DNA of 64,000 bases. Origin: Bacteroidota bacterium (GTDB taxonomy: Bacteria; Bacteroidota; Bacteroidia; Chitinophagales; Chitinophagaceae). This document shows, piece after piece, positions 37,880 through 46,768 of this stretch. A program made the translations under genes and the position numbers. Each line of letters opens with the position of its first letter. The stretch's first letter is position 1. The DNA is taken from assembly GCA_018971025.1 (NCBI GenBank), contig JAGWVE010000003.1, positions 894-64,893 of the forward strand, in the 5' to 3' direction. The notes below the pieces were generated by a model. That model saw only the letters and a program-made list of their open reading frames with translations. It was not told the origin of the DNA and did no database searches.

Positions 37880-37916
37880 AGTTCGAACATCTTGACTACT
37901 TGTTTGTTATATTATT

Positions 37917-38846
37917 ATGTCGTCAGTTATACAAGTGCAGGGTCTCACCAAAAAATTTGGACATCATTTTACAGCGGTCAATGATTTATCATTTTCTGTA
38001 AATAAAGGAGATGTGTATGGCTTTTTGGGTCAAAATGGAGCTGGCAAAAGCACTACCATTCGGATGCTCCTTTCACTCATCACACCAACATCGGGCAGCA
38101 TCGAAATTTTTGGTATGCCACTACAAGCCAACAGGGCTGCTATTATGCAAAACGTTGGTGCTGTTATAGAAAAACCGGCGATGTATGAATACTTAACGGC
38201 GTATCAAAACTTAAAAATATTTTCTGCATTAAGTGGCGTATCAAAAACCAGGGTTCAACTACTAAACGAATTAGACGTTGTAGGCCTCGCTGCAAGAGCA
38301 CATGATTTGGTGCGTACTTTTTCGCAAGGGATGAAACAACGACTTGCCATTGCCATGGCCATGGTCAATGACCCACAACTTATTTTACTTGACGAGCCTA
38401 CCAATGGATTAGATCCACAAGGTATTGCAGACATTCGAAATTTAATTTTACAACTCAGTAGAGTGCAAGGAAAAACGGTTCTCGTTTCTTCTCACTTATT
38501 ATCTGAAATCGAACAGGTTGCTACAAGGCTCATTATTATAGATAAAGGTTGCAAATTAGTAGAAGGCGATAGCAAAGATTTATTTGACAAGAGTAAAACG
38601 GTGGTTGCTATTCAAACCCTTAACAATATAGAAGCTACAAAGCAGCTCATGCAAACAAGCTGGGCTAGCCATGTACTCGTAGACCGTTCTTCATATAAAG
38701 AAATATGTATGCAGCTCGACGAAAAGCTACTTCCTACTTTACATAAAAATTTAGTTGAAATGGGTATTGGGGTATTATCTGTAAAACCCATGCATTCTTT
38801 GGAAGATTATTTTTTACGTATCACTTCAACGCCATCTTATGTTTAG
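37917..38846 (+). CDS. ABC transporter ATP-binding protein (ABC-2/DrrA-BcrA type)
   Basis: Walker A GQNGAGKST, signature FSQGMKQRLAIAMAM, Walker B LILLDEPTNGLD. Confidence 0.9.
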   Translation: MSSVIQVQGLTKKFGHHFTAVNDLSFSVNKGDVYGFLGQNGAGKSTTIRMLLSLITPTSGSIEIFGMPLQANRAAIMQNVGAVIEKPAMYEYLTAYQNLKIFSALSGVSKTRVQLLNELDVVGLAARAHDLVRTFSQGMKQRLAIAMAMVNDPQLILLDEPTNGLDPQGIADIRNLILQLSRVQGKTVLVSSHLLSEIEQVATRLIIIDKGCKLVEGDSKDLFDKSKTVVAIQTLNNIEATKQLMQTSWASHVLVDRSSYKEICMQLDEKLLPTLHKNLVEMGIGVLSVKPMHSLEDYFLRITSTPSYV

Positions 38847-39714
38847 TCTTGTTCAAGTAGAACTCTATAAAATATTTAAACGTCCAAGAACCTATATTGC
38901 TTTTGGAGCCGTGGCTGCACTTATTGGCATCATTCAGTTTGGATTAAAATTAGATGGCAAAAGTTACATCGATTTTATGATGAACGATTTAAGCAGTTCA
39001 CTTGAAATTGATGGTAAAATATTAAACGGCTATTTGGTTTGCTATGTGATGCTTCAATTACTATTGGTGCACGTGCCGCTATTAATTGCACTGATTGCCG
39101 CCGATATGATTTCTGGTGAGGCCAATATGGGAACGCTGCGTTTATTGCTCATTAAGCCTTATAGCCGCACCACTTTACTACTCGCAAAGTTTATTGCAGC
39201 TATTATCTATACTTTGATGCTATTAGTATGGCTTGCGATATTGGCATTATTTGGAAGCATGCTTTTATTTGGCACCGACGATATGTTTTTATTAAAAACC
39301 AGTTATGTGGTTTTATTAAAAGAGTCGGATGTTTTTTGGCGGTACATAGGCGCCTTTGGTTTTGCAGCCCTTGCCATGACAACCGTTGCTTCTTTAGGTT
39401 TCTTTTTATCTGTTTTTGCCGAAAATTCAATAGGTCCCATTGTTGCAACCATGAGTGTGATTGTATTTTTTACTATTTTAAGTACGCTTAATATTCCCAT
39501 ATTTAATGCCATCAAACCTTATTTGTTTACAACGCATATGATTGGATGGAAAGAGTTTTTTGATATTAAAGTAAATGGATCCAACGAAGCCATTATTGGT
39601 AGTATTCAAAATCCAGAAAAAATAATTAAAGCATCAATAGTACTAGTTGCACATACCATTGGATTTTTTGTGGCTACATTACTTGTGTTTAGAAAAAAAG
39701 ATATCCTTAGTTAA
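38839..39714 (+). CDS. ABC-2 family transporter permease
   Basis: Overlaps the ATPase gene by 8 nt (translational coupling). About six TM segments. The N-terminus LVQVELYKIFKRPRTYI is typical of the ABC-2 membrane family. Confidence 0.7.
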   Translation: MFSLVQVELYKIFKRPRTYIAFGAVAALIGIIQFGLKLDGKSYIDFMMNDLSSSLEIDGKILNGYLVCYVMLQLLLVHVPLLIALIAADMISGEANMGTLRLLLIKPYSRTTLLLAKFIAAIIYTLMLLVWLAILALFGSMLLFGTDDMFLLKTSYVVLLKESDVFWRYIGAFGFAALAMTTVASLGFFLSVFAENSIGPIVATMSVIVFFTILSTLNIPIFNAIKPYLFTTHMIGWKEFFDIKVNGSNEAIIGSIQNPEKIIKASIVLVAHTIGFFVATLLVFRKKDILS

Positions 39715-39723
39715 TATTTGTGT

Positions 39724-40416
39724 ATGAAAAAGTGTCGTTTGTTTATTTTATTTATGTTTTGTGCATCGCTTGCTATGGCGCAAGACGTTACGCAGCTTAT
39801 TAAAAAAGTAAAAACAAAGCTTGAGCTCGTAGATAATTACGAAGCTACCGGTGTTATGAAAACGGATATCGCATTTATTAAAGCGCCCATCGGAAAAATT
39901 AAAATTTATTTCAAGAAACCCAATTTATTTAAAATAAAAAAAGAAGGTGGTATTTCTTTATTACCTAAAGGTGGGCTTTCTGTTAATTTAAGTTCACTCA
40001 TTGCATCTTCAAATTATACCACCATCGATGCGGGTGTGCAAGATATTGGAGATAAAAAATTAAGGGTCGTTAAATTACTTCCCAACGAAGAAACAAGCGA
40101 TGTAGTGATTAGTACGCTTTACATTAATGAAAAAGAAAGCTTAATAGAAAAAGCCATCACAACCACCAAAGAAAACGGAACCTATACGATGCTCATGAAT
40201 TATGGCGCCTATAGTAATTACGGCTTACCTGATAAAGTAGTGTTTGAATTCAATACTAAAAACTACAAGCTACCCAAAGGGATTACTTTAGAATTTGAAG
40301 ATGAGAGCAAGCCGTTATCTGCGGCGCAGCAGTTAAAAAATAAAAAAGGCCGTGTAGAAATTAGCTATAAAAACTATAGCGTTAACAAAGGTATCCCAGC
40401 AGCAATATTCAATTAA
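39724..40416 (+). CDS. secreted LolA-like / outer-membrane lipoprotein-sorting-like protein
   Basis: Signal peptide ending AMA-QD. Beta-rich ~210-aa body with the general LolA-like (DUF4292/DUF4367-type) appearance. The assignment is tentative. Confidence 0.5.
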   Translation: MKKCRLFILFMFCASLAMAQDVTQLIKKVKTKLELVDNYEATGVMKTDIAFIKAPIGKIKIYFKKPNLFKIKKEGGISLLPKGGLSVNLSSLIASSNYTTIDAGVQDIGDKKLRVVKLLPNEETSDVVISTLYINEKESLIEKAITTTKENGTYTMLMNYGAYSNYGLPDKVVFEFNTKNYKLPKGITLEFEDESKPLSAAQQLKNKKGRVEISYKNYSVNKGIPAAIFN

Positions 40417-40417
40417 A

Positions 40418-41509
40418 TTATTGCTCTTCAATTCTCTCATCTACAGCGCCAGCAAGCATTCGAGCACTTCTTTTGCGTAGTGGATTGATGCGCATTTCTT
40501 TGTAACCTTTTCTGGTTCTTATGATTTCGATGCACTCAAAAGTGGCAGCTACAAAAGAGCTATGATCCGCAATACCTTTTCCGGCGATATCAAAAGCAGT
40601 GCCGTGGTCTGGACTGGTTCTCACACCCGTTAAGCCAGCCGTAAAGTTTACGCCTTCTCCAATGGCAAGTGATTTAAATGGAATTAAACCCTGGTCGTGA
40701 TACATGGCAAGTACGGCGTCAAACTTTTCATATTGACCTCTTGCAAAAAATGCATCAGCACTATAAGGGCCAAATACAAGCATGTTGTTTTTACGTGCTT
40801 CTGCAATGGCAGGTTTAATAATTTCAAGTTCTTCTTTGCCAATAAGTCCTTCATCGCCTGCATGCGGGTTAAGCCCGAGCACAGCAATTTTTGGTTTGTC
40901 AATGCTAAAGTCTTGTTGTAAACTGCTGTGCATCATTTTTAGTTTGCTCATGATGCCTTCTGCGGTAATGTATTTATTGACTTCGGAAATAGTAACGTGC
41001 TCGGTAAGTAGTCCAATACGTAAATTTTCGGCTACCATAAACATTAAAACGTCTTTGGTGCCAAACAGGTTTTTTAAATACGGGGTATGCCCACTATAAT
41101 TAAAGGTTTCTGATTGAATATTTTTTTTATGAATAGGCGCGGTAACAAGCCCATCAATATGACCATCTTTTAGTGCTTGTCCGGCTGCTTCTAATGATAA
41201 GCGTCCGTATTTGCCACCAATGTCGTTGAGCTGACCAGGCGTAATCACCACTTCCTCTTCCCAGCAAGCATAAATATTTACTTGTTTGGGGTTGAGTTTA
41301 GAAAAGTCTCTACCACTTGCGTAGCTAAAATTTGATTCAGGTAGGCTTTTGCGGTAAAAATTGACACTTTTATTGCTAGCAAAAATAACCGGCGTGCAAA
41401 AATCAAGTAAACGACTATCGGAAAGCGTTTTAAGGATAATTTCTAATCCAATGCCATTTAGGTCACCACATGAAAATCCGATAATTGGTTTTTGCGTCTC
41501 AATACTCAT
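40418..41509 (-). CDS. pdxA: 4-hydroxythreonine-4-phosphate dehydrogenase
   Basis: GDLNGIGLEI, LNPHAGDEG, YHDQGLIPFK, TSPDHGTAFDIAGKG. ATG at 41509. Confidence 0.9.
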   Translation of the reverse strand: MSIETQKPIIGFSCGDLNGIGLEIILKTLSDSRLLDFCTPVIFASNKSVNFYRKSLPESNFSYASGRDFSKLNPKQVNIYACWEEEVVITPGQLNDIGGKYGRLSLEAAGQALKDGHIDGLVTAPIHKKNIQSETFNYSGHTPYLKNLFGTKDVLMFMVAENLRIGLLTEHVTISEVNKYITAEGIMSKLKMMHSSLQQDFSIDKPKIAVLGLNPHAGDEGLIGKEELEIIKPAIAEARKNNMLVFGPYSADAFFARGQYEKFDAVLAMYHDQGLIPFKSLAIGEGVNFTAGLTGVRTSPDHGTAFDIAGKGIADHSSFVAATFECIEIIRTRKGYKEMRINPLRKRSARMLAGAVDERIEEQ

Positions 41510-41616
41510 CCGGGCTGTTTTAGACGATAAAATTACGAATATTTGACCCAATAATCGCATGTTTATGCGTTAAGCCTACTTGGTAGGCTAACTAGCACTT
41601 ACGCCTTAGAATTGCT

Positions 41617-41624
41617 TACTTTTG
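41617..41624 (+). promoter_or_regulatory. -7 box TACTTTTG, 4 nt before the GTG of rsmA
   Basis: TACTTTTG-CGGT-GTG. Confidence 0.45.
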
Positions 41625-41628
41625 CGGT

Positions 41629-42378
41629 GTGGAATATACACTCAAAAAATCGCTGGGTCAGCACTTCTTAAAAGACGAAAAAATTTGTCTTTCCATTGTG
41701 GATGCCATTCCAAACTGTGAGCGGCTAGTTGAAGTTGGTCCTGGTGCTGGCGCTATCACAAAATATATTTTACAAAAGCCCGCACTCGATTTTAAGGCGG
41801 TAGAATTAGATGACGAAAAAGTAGCGTATCTCGAAAAAACATACCCTTCTATAAAAGGTAAAATTGTACATGAAAGTATCTTAGATTGTGCGCCTCCTTT
41901 TTTGGAACCTTTTACGGTGGTTGGAAATTTTCCGTACAATATTTCTTCTCAAATATTATTCCGCGTACTGGAGTGGAAAGATCAAGTACCCGTGATGGTT
42001 GGGATGTTTCAAAAAGAAGTAGCCAAACGAATTGTATCTGGTCCGGGCAATAAGGATTATGGTATTTTAAGTGTGCTCGTGCAAGCCTATTACCACGCCG
42101 AATATTTATTTGATGTGCCTCCCGAATCATTTAATCCGCCACCTAAAGTAGATAGTGGTGTTATAAAATTAACGCGCCGTAGTGATGTAGTTGATATGCG
42201 TTCCGAAAAATCATTTATTGCTGTTGTAAAAGCAGCCTTTGGTCAGCGCCGAAAAATGTTACGCAATCCATTAAAAGGAATGTTTACCCCCGAAATATTG
42301 CAAGAAGAAATATTTACCAAAAGACCAGAGCAGTTAAGTGTAGCAGATTTTGCAGCACTCACATTTAAAATGAAATAA
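41629..42378 (+). CDS. rsmA: 16S rRNA (adenine1518/1519-N6)-dimethyltransferase
   Basis: KKSLGQHFL, EVGPGAGAIT, GNFPYNISS. GTG is the only canonical start before the conserved N-terminus. Confidence 0.92.
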   Translation: MEYTLKKSLGQHFLKDEKICLSIVDAIPNCERLVEVGPGAGAITKYILQKPALDFKAVELDDEKVAYLEKTYPSIKGKIVHESILDCAPPFLEPFTVVGNFPYNISSQILFRVLEWKDQVPVMVGMFQKEVAKRIVSGPGNKDYGILSVLVQAYYHAEYLFDVPPESFNPPPKVDSGVIKLTRRSDVVDMRSEKSFIAVVKAAFGQRRKMLRNPLKGMFTPEILQEEIFTKRPEQLSVADFAALTFKMK

Positions 42379-42387
42379 ATTTAACTT

Positions 42388-43314
42388 GTGAAACCTATTG
42401 TTATTATCACCGCACCGGTTCATCCGTATCTTACGCAACGCTTGCAGGACAAGGGTTTTGAAGTTTTATTATCGGAGACAATTACCTACAACGAACTTGC
42501 CGCTATTATTTCTACAGCCACTGGACTTGTGGTGAGTACACGTATAAAAATTGATCAGGCCTTACTTGAAAAAGCAGTTGCACTCAAATGGATAGCCCGC
42601 CTTGGAAGTGGTATGGAATTAATAGATACGGAGTTTGCCGCATCTAAAAATATTGTTTGTGTAAGTAGTCCAGAAGGTAATGCAGGGGCTGTAGGCGAAC
42701 ATGCGATTGCGCTTCTATTAAATCTCATGAATAAAGTGAGTGCTAGTTTTGCAGAAGTAAAAAATGGCTTGTGGATTAGAGACGCCAATCGTGCCGATGC
42801 ACTTTTAGGAAAAACAGTGGGCATTATTGGTATGGGTCATACAGGAAATGCATTTGCAAGTAGGCTTCAATCTTTTGGTGTGCAAATAATGGCGCATGAT
42901 AAATACAAGCAGGAAACGGGTTTAAAAAATGTTACGTTTGTAGATCTTGCTACGCTCTGTGCAAACGCCGATGTGGTGAGTTTGCATTTACCATTAACCC
43001 CCGAAACACATCATTACGCCTCTACTTCTTTTTTTGCCAGCCTTGTAAAGTCGCCCTATTTTATCAATACTTGCAGAGGTAAAGTGGCAGATACTTCTGC
43101 ACTTATTGCAGCCCTAAAAAATGGGCAAATAAAAGCCGCTGGTTTAGATGTGTTAGAAAACGAAAATTTAGGCACCTATTCCGAGGTGGAAAAACTGCAG
43201 TTAAACTGGCTCTGTAACCAGCCTAATGTGATCATTACCCCTCATATTGCCGGTTATAGCCACGAAGCCTTCTATTTAATGGCAAAAATTGTACTTGACA
43301 AGCTTGGAATCTGA
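42388..43314 (+). CDS. D-isomer-specific 2-hydroxyacid dehydrogenase family protein
   Basis: NAD-binding [13 protein letters not shown], catalytic region NTCRGKV...PHIAG. GTG start. Confidence 0.8.
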   Translation: MKPIVIITAPVHPYLTQRLQDKGFEVLLSETITYNELAAIISTATGLVVSTRIKIDQALLEKAVALKWIARLGSGMELIDTEFAASKNIVCVSSPEGNAGAVGEHAIALLLNLMNKVSASFAEVKNGLWIRDANRADALLGKTVGIIGMGHTGNAFASRLQSFGVQIMAHDKYKQETGLKNVTFVDLATLCANADVVSLHLPLTPETHHYASTSFFASLVKSPYFINTCRGKVADTSALIAALKNGQIKAAGLDVLENENLGTYSEVEKLQLNWLCNQPNVIITPHIAGYSHEAFYLMAKIVLDKLGI

Positions 43315-43336
43315 TTAAATTAATTATTTTTGACGT

Positions 43337-43373
43337 CCAACGCTGCAGTCAAATGTGGCGTTGTCTTTTTTTT
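43337..43373 (+). terminator. probable intrinsic terminator after the dehydrogenase gene
   Basis: CAACGC ... GCGTTG stem (6 bp, possibly extended with a bulge) followed by a T9 tract. Confidence 0.5.
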
Positions 43374-43393
43374 ATCCAACTTAAAGCTACTAT

Positions 43394-43870
43394 ATGAGTG
43401 ATACGAATATGTATGTGACGATGGAGACATTTGAAAAAATGCGTGAAGAGTTACAAAAAATGAAATCTATTGACCGCCCTGCGGCCTCTAGAGCGATCGC
43501 TGAAGCAAGAGAGAAAGGTGACTTAAAAGAAAATGCCGAATACGATGCGGCCAAAGAAGCGCAGGGTATGCTTGAAGCAAAAATCAAGCAATTGGAAGGT
43601 GTGATTGCCAATGCTAAAATTGTAGATACCAAAACAATCGATACCAGCAAAGTAACCATACTTACCAAAGTGACGATCACCAATATGGCCACTAAAAAAA
43701 CGGTTACCTACCAACTGGTTGGTGAAAAAGAAGCAGACTTGAAAGCACAAAAAATATCGGGTACTTCTCCAATCGGAAAAGGTTTGATGGGTAAAGTAGT
43801 GGGAGAAGTTGCAGAGATTCAAACGCCTGCTGGTGTTTTAAAATTCAGGGTAGACAATATCACTGTTTAA
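43394..43870 (+). CDS. greA: transcription elongation factor GreA
   Basis: 158 aa. AREKGDLKENAEYDAAKE coiled-coil tip. C-terminal globular domain with SPIGKGLMGK. Confidence 0.92.
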   Translation: MSDTNMYVTMETFEKMREELQKMKSIDRPAASRAIAEAREKGDLKENAEYDAAKEAQGMLEAKIKQLEGVIANAKIVDTKTIDTSKVTILTKVTITNMATKKTVTYQLVGEKEADLKAQKISGTSPIGKGLMGKVVGEVAEIQTPAGVLKFRVDNITV

Positions 43871-43879
43871 TTATACTGT

Positions 43880-44269
43880 ATGACTTTGTTTTCTAAAATC
43901 ATTGCTGGAGAAATCCCTTCTTACAAAATTTTGGAAGACGAAAATTTTTATGCCTTCTTGGACGTGTTTCCTTTAGTGGAAGGACATGTACTCATTGTTC
44001 CAAAAAATGAAACTGATAAGTTTTTTGATTTATCAGATAGCTACCTTCAAAAAATATTGCTGTTCGCAAAACCTATTGCCGTAGCTATCGAAAAAGCATT
44101 TCCTTGTAACCGTTGTGGTATAAGTGTTGTAGGCCTTGAAGTGCCGCATGCGCATCTTCATTTGATGCCTATCAATAGTGCCAACGATATAAATTTCACC
44201 AAAGAAAAAATAAAGGTAACGCCTGAGTTATTGGCAATTGTGCAAAGTAAAATTCTAGCTGCCTTATAA
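43880..44269 (+). CDS. HIT family protein
   Basis: Histidine triad HAHLHLMP. N-terminus FSKIIAGEIPSYKILEDE. Confidence 0.9.
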   Translation: MTLFSKIIAGEIPSYKILEDENFYAFLDVFPLVEGHVLIVPKNETDKFFDLSDSYLQKILLFAKPIAVAIEKAFPCNRCGISVVGLEVPHAHLHLMPINSANDINFTKEKIKVTPELLAIVQSKILAAL

Positions 44270-44284
44270 GCATTTAAGGCTATT

Positions 44285-44848
44285 TTATAGTTTAACTTTT
44301 CCTGGATTTTTTGCAATAAAATCGTCCCATCCTTTAAATCCTTTTCCGCTCGCTGCTGCTAACGGTGATGAACTTTGGTAGTAATGACAAAGTGCAACGG
44401 CGAGGGCATCCGTGGCATCAAAGTATTGTGGCTTTACTTCAATTTGAAGGGTACGTTGCAACATTTGCCATACCTGATCTTTGCTTGCATTGCCATTTCC
44501 AGTAATGGATTGCTTTACTTTTTTGGGAGCATATTCGGTTACAGAAAGCCCTGTTTGCATGGCTGCTGCAATCGCTACTCCCTGTGCTCTTCCTAACTTA
44601 AGCATACTTTGTACGTTCTTTCCAAAAAAGGGGGCTTCAATTGCAAAAGTGGTGGGACGGTATAATTTAATAAGCTCTACAACCTTGGTATGAATCATTT
44701 CTAGGCGTGCATAAATATCCTTTTGCCCGGTTAGTTTTAAGGCATCTATAAGGATCACTTGCGGTGTGCTATTTGTGATGCGCAAGAGAGCATATCCCAT
44801 GAGTTGGGTGCCGGGGTCAATGCCTAATATGATCTGGTCTTTTTTCAA
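44285..44848 (-). CDS. ruvC: crossover junction endodeoxyribonuclease RuvC
   Basis: ILGIDPG, IEAPFFGKN, ATDALAVALCH. Only a TTG start is available. Confidence 0.9.
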   Translation of the reverse strand: MKKDQIILGIDPGTQLMGYALLRITNSTPQVILIDALKLTGQKDIYARLEMIHTKVVELIKLYRPTTFAIEAPFFGKNVQSMLKLGRAQGVAIAAAMQTGLSVTEYAPKKVKQSITGNGNASKDQVWQMLQRTLQIEVKPQYFDATDALAVALCHYYQSSSPLAAASGKGFKGWDDFIAKNPGKVKL

Positions 44849-44886
44849 TTTGATGTGAAATTACATGCTTCCTTTGAGATTCTACC

Positions 44887-44894
44887 TACTTTTG
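44887..44894 (+). promoter_or_regulatory. -7 box TACTTTTG (flippase-like membrane protein gene)
   Basis: Lies downstream of the only upstream ATG (44865) and upstream of the in-frame extension of the gene. Confidence 0.4.
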
Positions 44895-45056
44895 CTGCAC
44901 AAGCTTTCTTGTATCATCTAAACGCTGCTCGCACTGCAAAAGAAAATAAACATATTTGTTCAATACCTGGTTGCGCCCATCTTATTTGTATGGCTATGTT
45001 ATTCTATTTACCATCAAATACATGAGCAAAAACAATTACCTAGTTTTATTGCCTCA

Positions 45057-45926
45057 TTGCATCAAATACCAGTGGCTACTGCTTTTTGGTACCTGCTATT
45101 TATAACGATATTCACTGCTTTTAATTGGGGTTTAGAAGCTTTTAAATGGAAGCTTTTAACACATAAACTTCAACCACTTTCATTTAAAGCAGCCTATGCC
45201 GCAATTTTAACGGGACAGGCCGTTTCTTTTTCTAGTATCAATCGGGTGGGTGAATCTATTGGTAAATCAATGCTATTGTCAGATGGCAACCGTTTAAAAG
45301 GCGTGGTCCTTTCTTTTGTTGCAAGTGCTAGCCAACTCTTAGTTACGTTATTAGTCGGACTGGTTGCTACAATCTGGTTGTTTCCAAGTATTCGAGTTGC
45401 GTTGCAAGAACAATTGCATGTATCAGAAGATGTTTTGTCTGGGCTATATGCTTCTTTATTTGTTGTAGTTGGCTTGTTCATACTGTGTTATGCGGCTATT
45501 CCATTTTTTGCAAACAAACTGGCCAAGCGCTCCTTTTTTTCAAAATATGTTTTTTTAATCACATCATTACAATCCATTCCTAAGCGGTTATTGTTTCAGC
45601 TTTCACTTATTTCTGGGGCTAGGTATCTTGTATTTTTATTTCAATATTTGTTAATTTTTACATTGTGCGGCGTAATGATAGATGCCTCAACAATCATGGC
45701 GCTTACTGCTATACTTTTTTTAATTCTTGCTATTATACCTACCTTAACGCTAGCAGAATTAGGTATAAGAGGAAAAGTGAGTTTACTTTTATTTGGCATC
45801 TATAGCTCAAATACCCTTGGTATTTTGGCTGCTGCAGGCGGTATTTGGTTGTTAAATTTGATTATACCCGCTTGCTTGGGTGGGATCATTTTATTACGTT
45901 TACAATATTTTAGAAAGCGGTCTTAA
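45057..45926 (+). CDS. flippase-like / lysylphosphatidylglycerol-synthase TM-region family membrane protein (UPF0104); true start probably upstream
   Basis: Multi-TM protein with NWGLEAFKWKLL, typical of the family. The frame stays open back to 44922 and encodes a family-like first TM helix without a canonical start codon (see findings). Confidence 0.65.
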   Translation: MHQIPVATAFWYLLFITIFTAFNWGLEAFKWKLLTHKLQPLSFKAAYAAILTGQAVSFSSINRVGESIGKSMLLSDGNRLKGVVLSFVASASQLLVTLLVGLVATIWLFPSIRVALQEQLHVSEDVLSGLYASLFVVVGLFILCYAAIPFFANKLAKRSFFSKYVFLITSLQSIPKRLLFQLSLISGARYLVFLFQYLLIFTLCGVMIDASTIMALTAILFLILAIIPTLTLAELGIRGKVSLLLFGIYSSNTLGILAAAGGIWLLNLIIPACLGGIILLRLQYFRKRS

Positions 45927-45936
45927 TCCAAGTCAG

Positions 45937-46734
45937 ATGTATAAAAAAATAACAGCCTACTTTTTTATTTGTCTTTTTCTGGCGCATCCAATAAAAGCGG
46001 GCGATGATTTTTGCGGCATTAGAAATTTTGCTTTTAATAGTGGGGAAGAAATTAATTATAATTTATACTACTCGGTAATTGGCTTATACCTAAATGCAGG
46101 TTCGGCAAAATTTACGCTTACGCAAGAAAAAATAAATGAAATACCTGCCTATCATGCCGTATGTTTAGGCAATTCCAATAGCCGTTATGATTGGATTTTT
46201 AAAGTACGTGACCGGTATGAAACCTATGTAGATACGCTTCATTTGCAACCCATTAAATTTATTCGAAACATAGAAGAAGGTAGTTATAAAAAGCAGGAAA
46301 ATATCGTATTCAATCAACAGCTTAATACCGCAACAGGAGCAGAGGGCGTTTATAAAATCCCTAATTGTGTGCAGGATGTGGTGAGTTCTATTTATTATCT
46401 GCGCAATATAGATTTCAATAAATACAAGCCAGAAGATAAAATCCCTTTCAATTTGTTTTTAGACAATCAGGTGTACAATGTATATGTCAAATACCTCGGA
46501 AAAGAAACAGTAAAAACGCAGTATGGCACTTTCAATGCTATTAAGTTTAAGCCCTTACTACTTAAAGGGACTTTATTTGAAGGCGGCGAAAAAATGACTA
46601 TTTGGGTTACCGATGATTTAAACCATATTCCGGTACGTATCGAAAGCTCCATTATTGTTGGGAGTATTAAAGCGGATATGATGGGCTTTAAAAATCTCCG
46701 TTATCCATTAAGTTCACTGGTTAAGTCTCGATAG
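45937..46734 (+). CDS. DUF3108 domain-containing protein
   Basis: Signal peptide, then GEEINYNLYY...AGSAKFTL...FKVRDRYETYVD...IWVTDD...PVRIES, typical of DUF3108. ATG at 45937. Confidence 0.6.
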   Translation: MYKKITAYFFICLFLAHPIKAGDDFCGIRNFAFNSGEEINYNLYYSVIGLYLNAGSAKFTLTQEKINEIPAYHAVCLGNSNSRYDWIFKVRDRYETYVDTLHLQPIKFIRNIEEGSYKKQENIVFNQQLNTATGAEGVYKIPNCVQDVVSSIYYLRNIDFNKYKPEDKIPFNLFLDNQVYNVYVKYLGKETVKTQYGTFNAIKFKPLLLKGTLFEGGEKMTIWVTDDLNHIPVRIESSIIVGSIKADMMGFKNLRYPLSSLVKSR

Positions 46735-46768
46735 CGGCTTCTGCAATTTTTATTGATGGCGTAATCAA

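Noticed and set aside
41573-41589. Palindrome AGCCTAC-TTG-GTAGGCT in the pdxA/rsmA divergent region.
   Set aside because: It is a 7-bp stem with a 3-nt loop and no U tract. I found no second copy in the window. I cannot distinguish an operator from chance.
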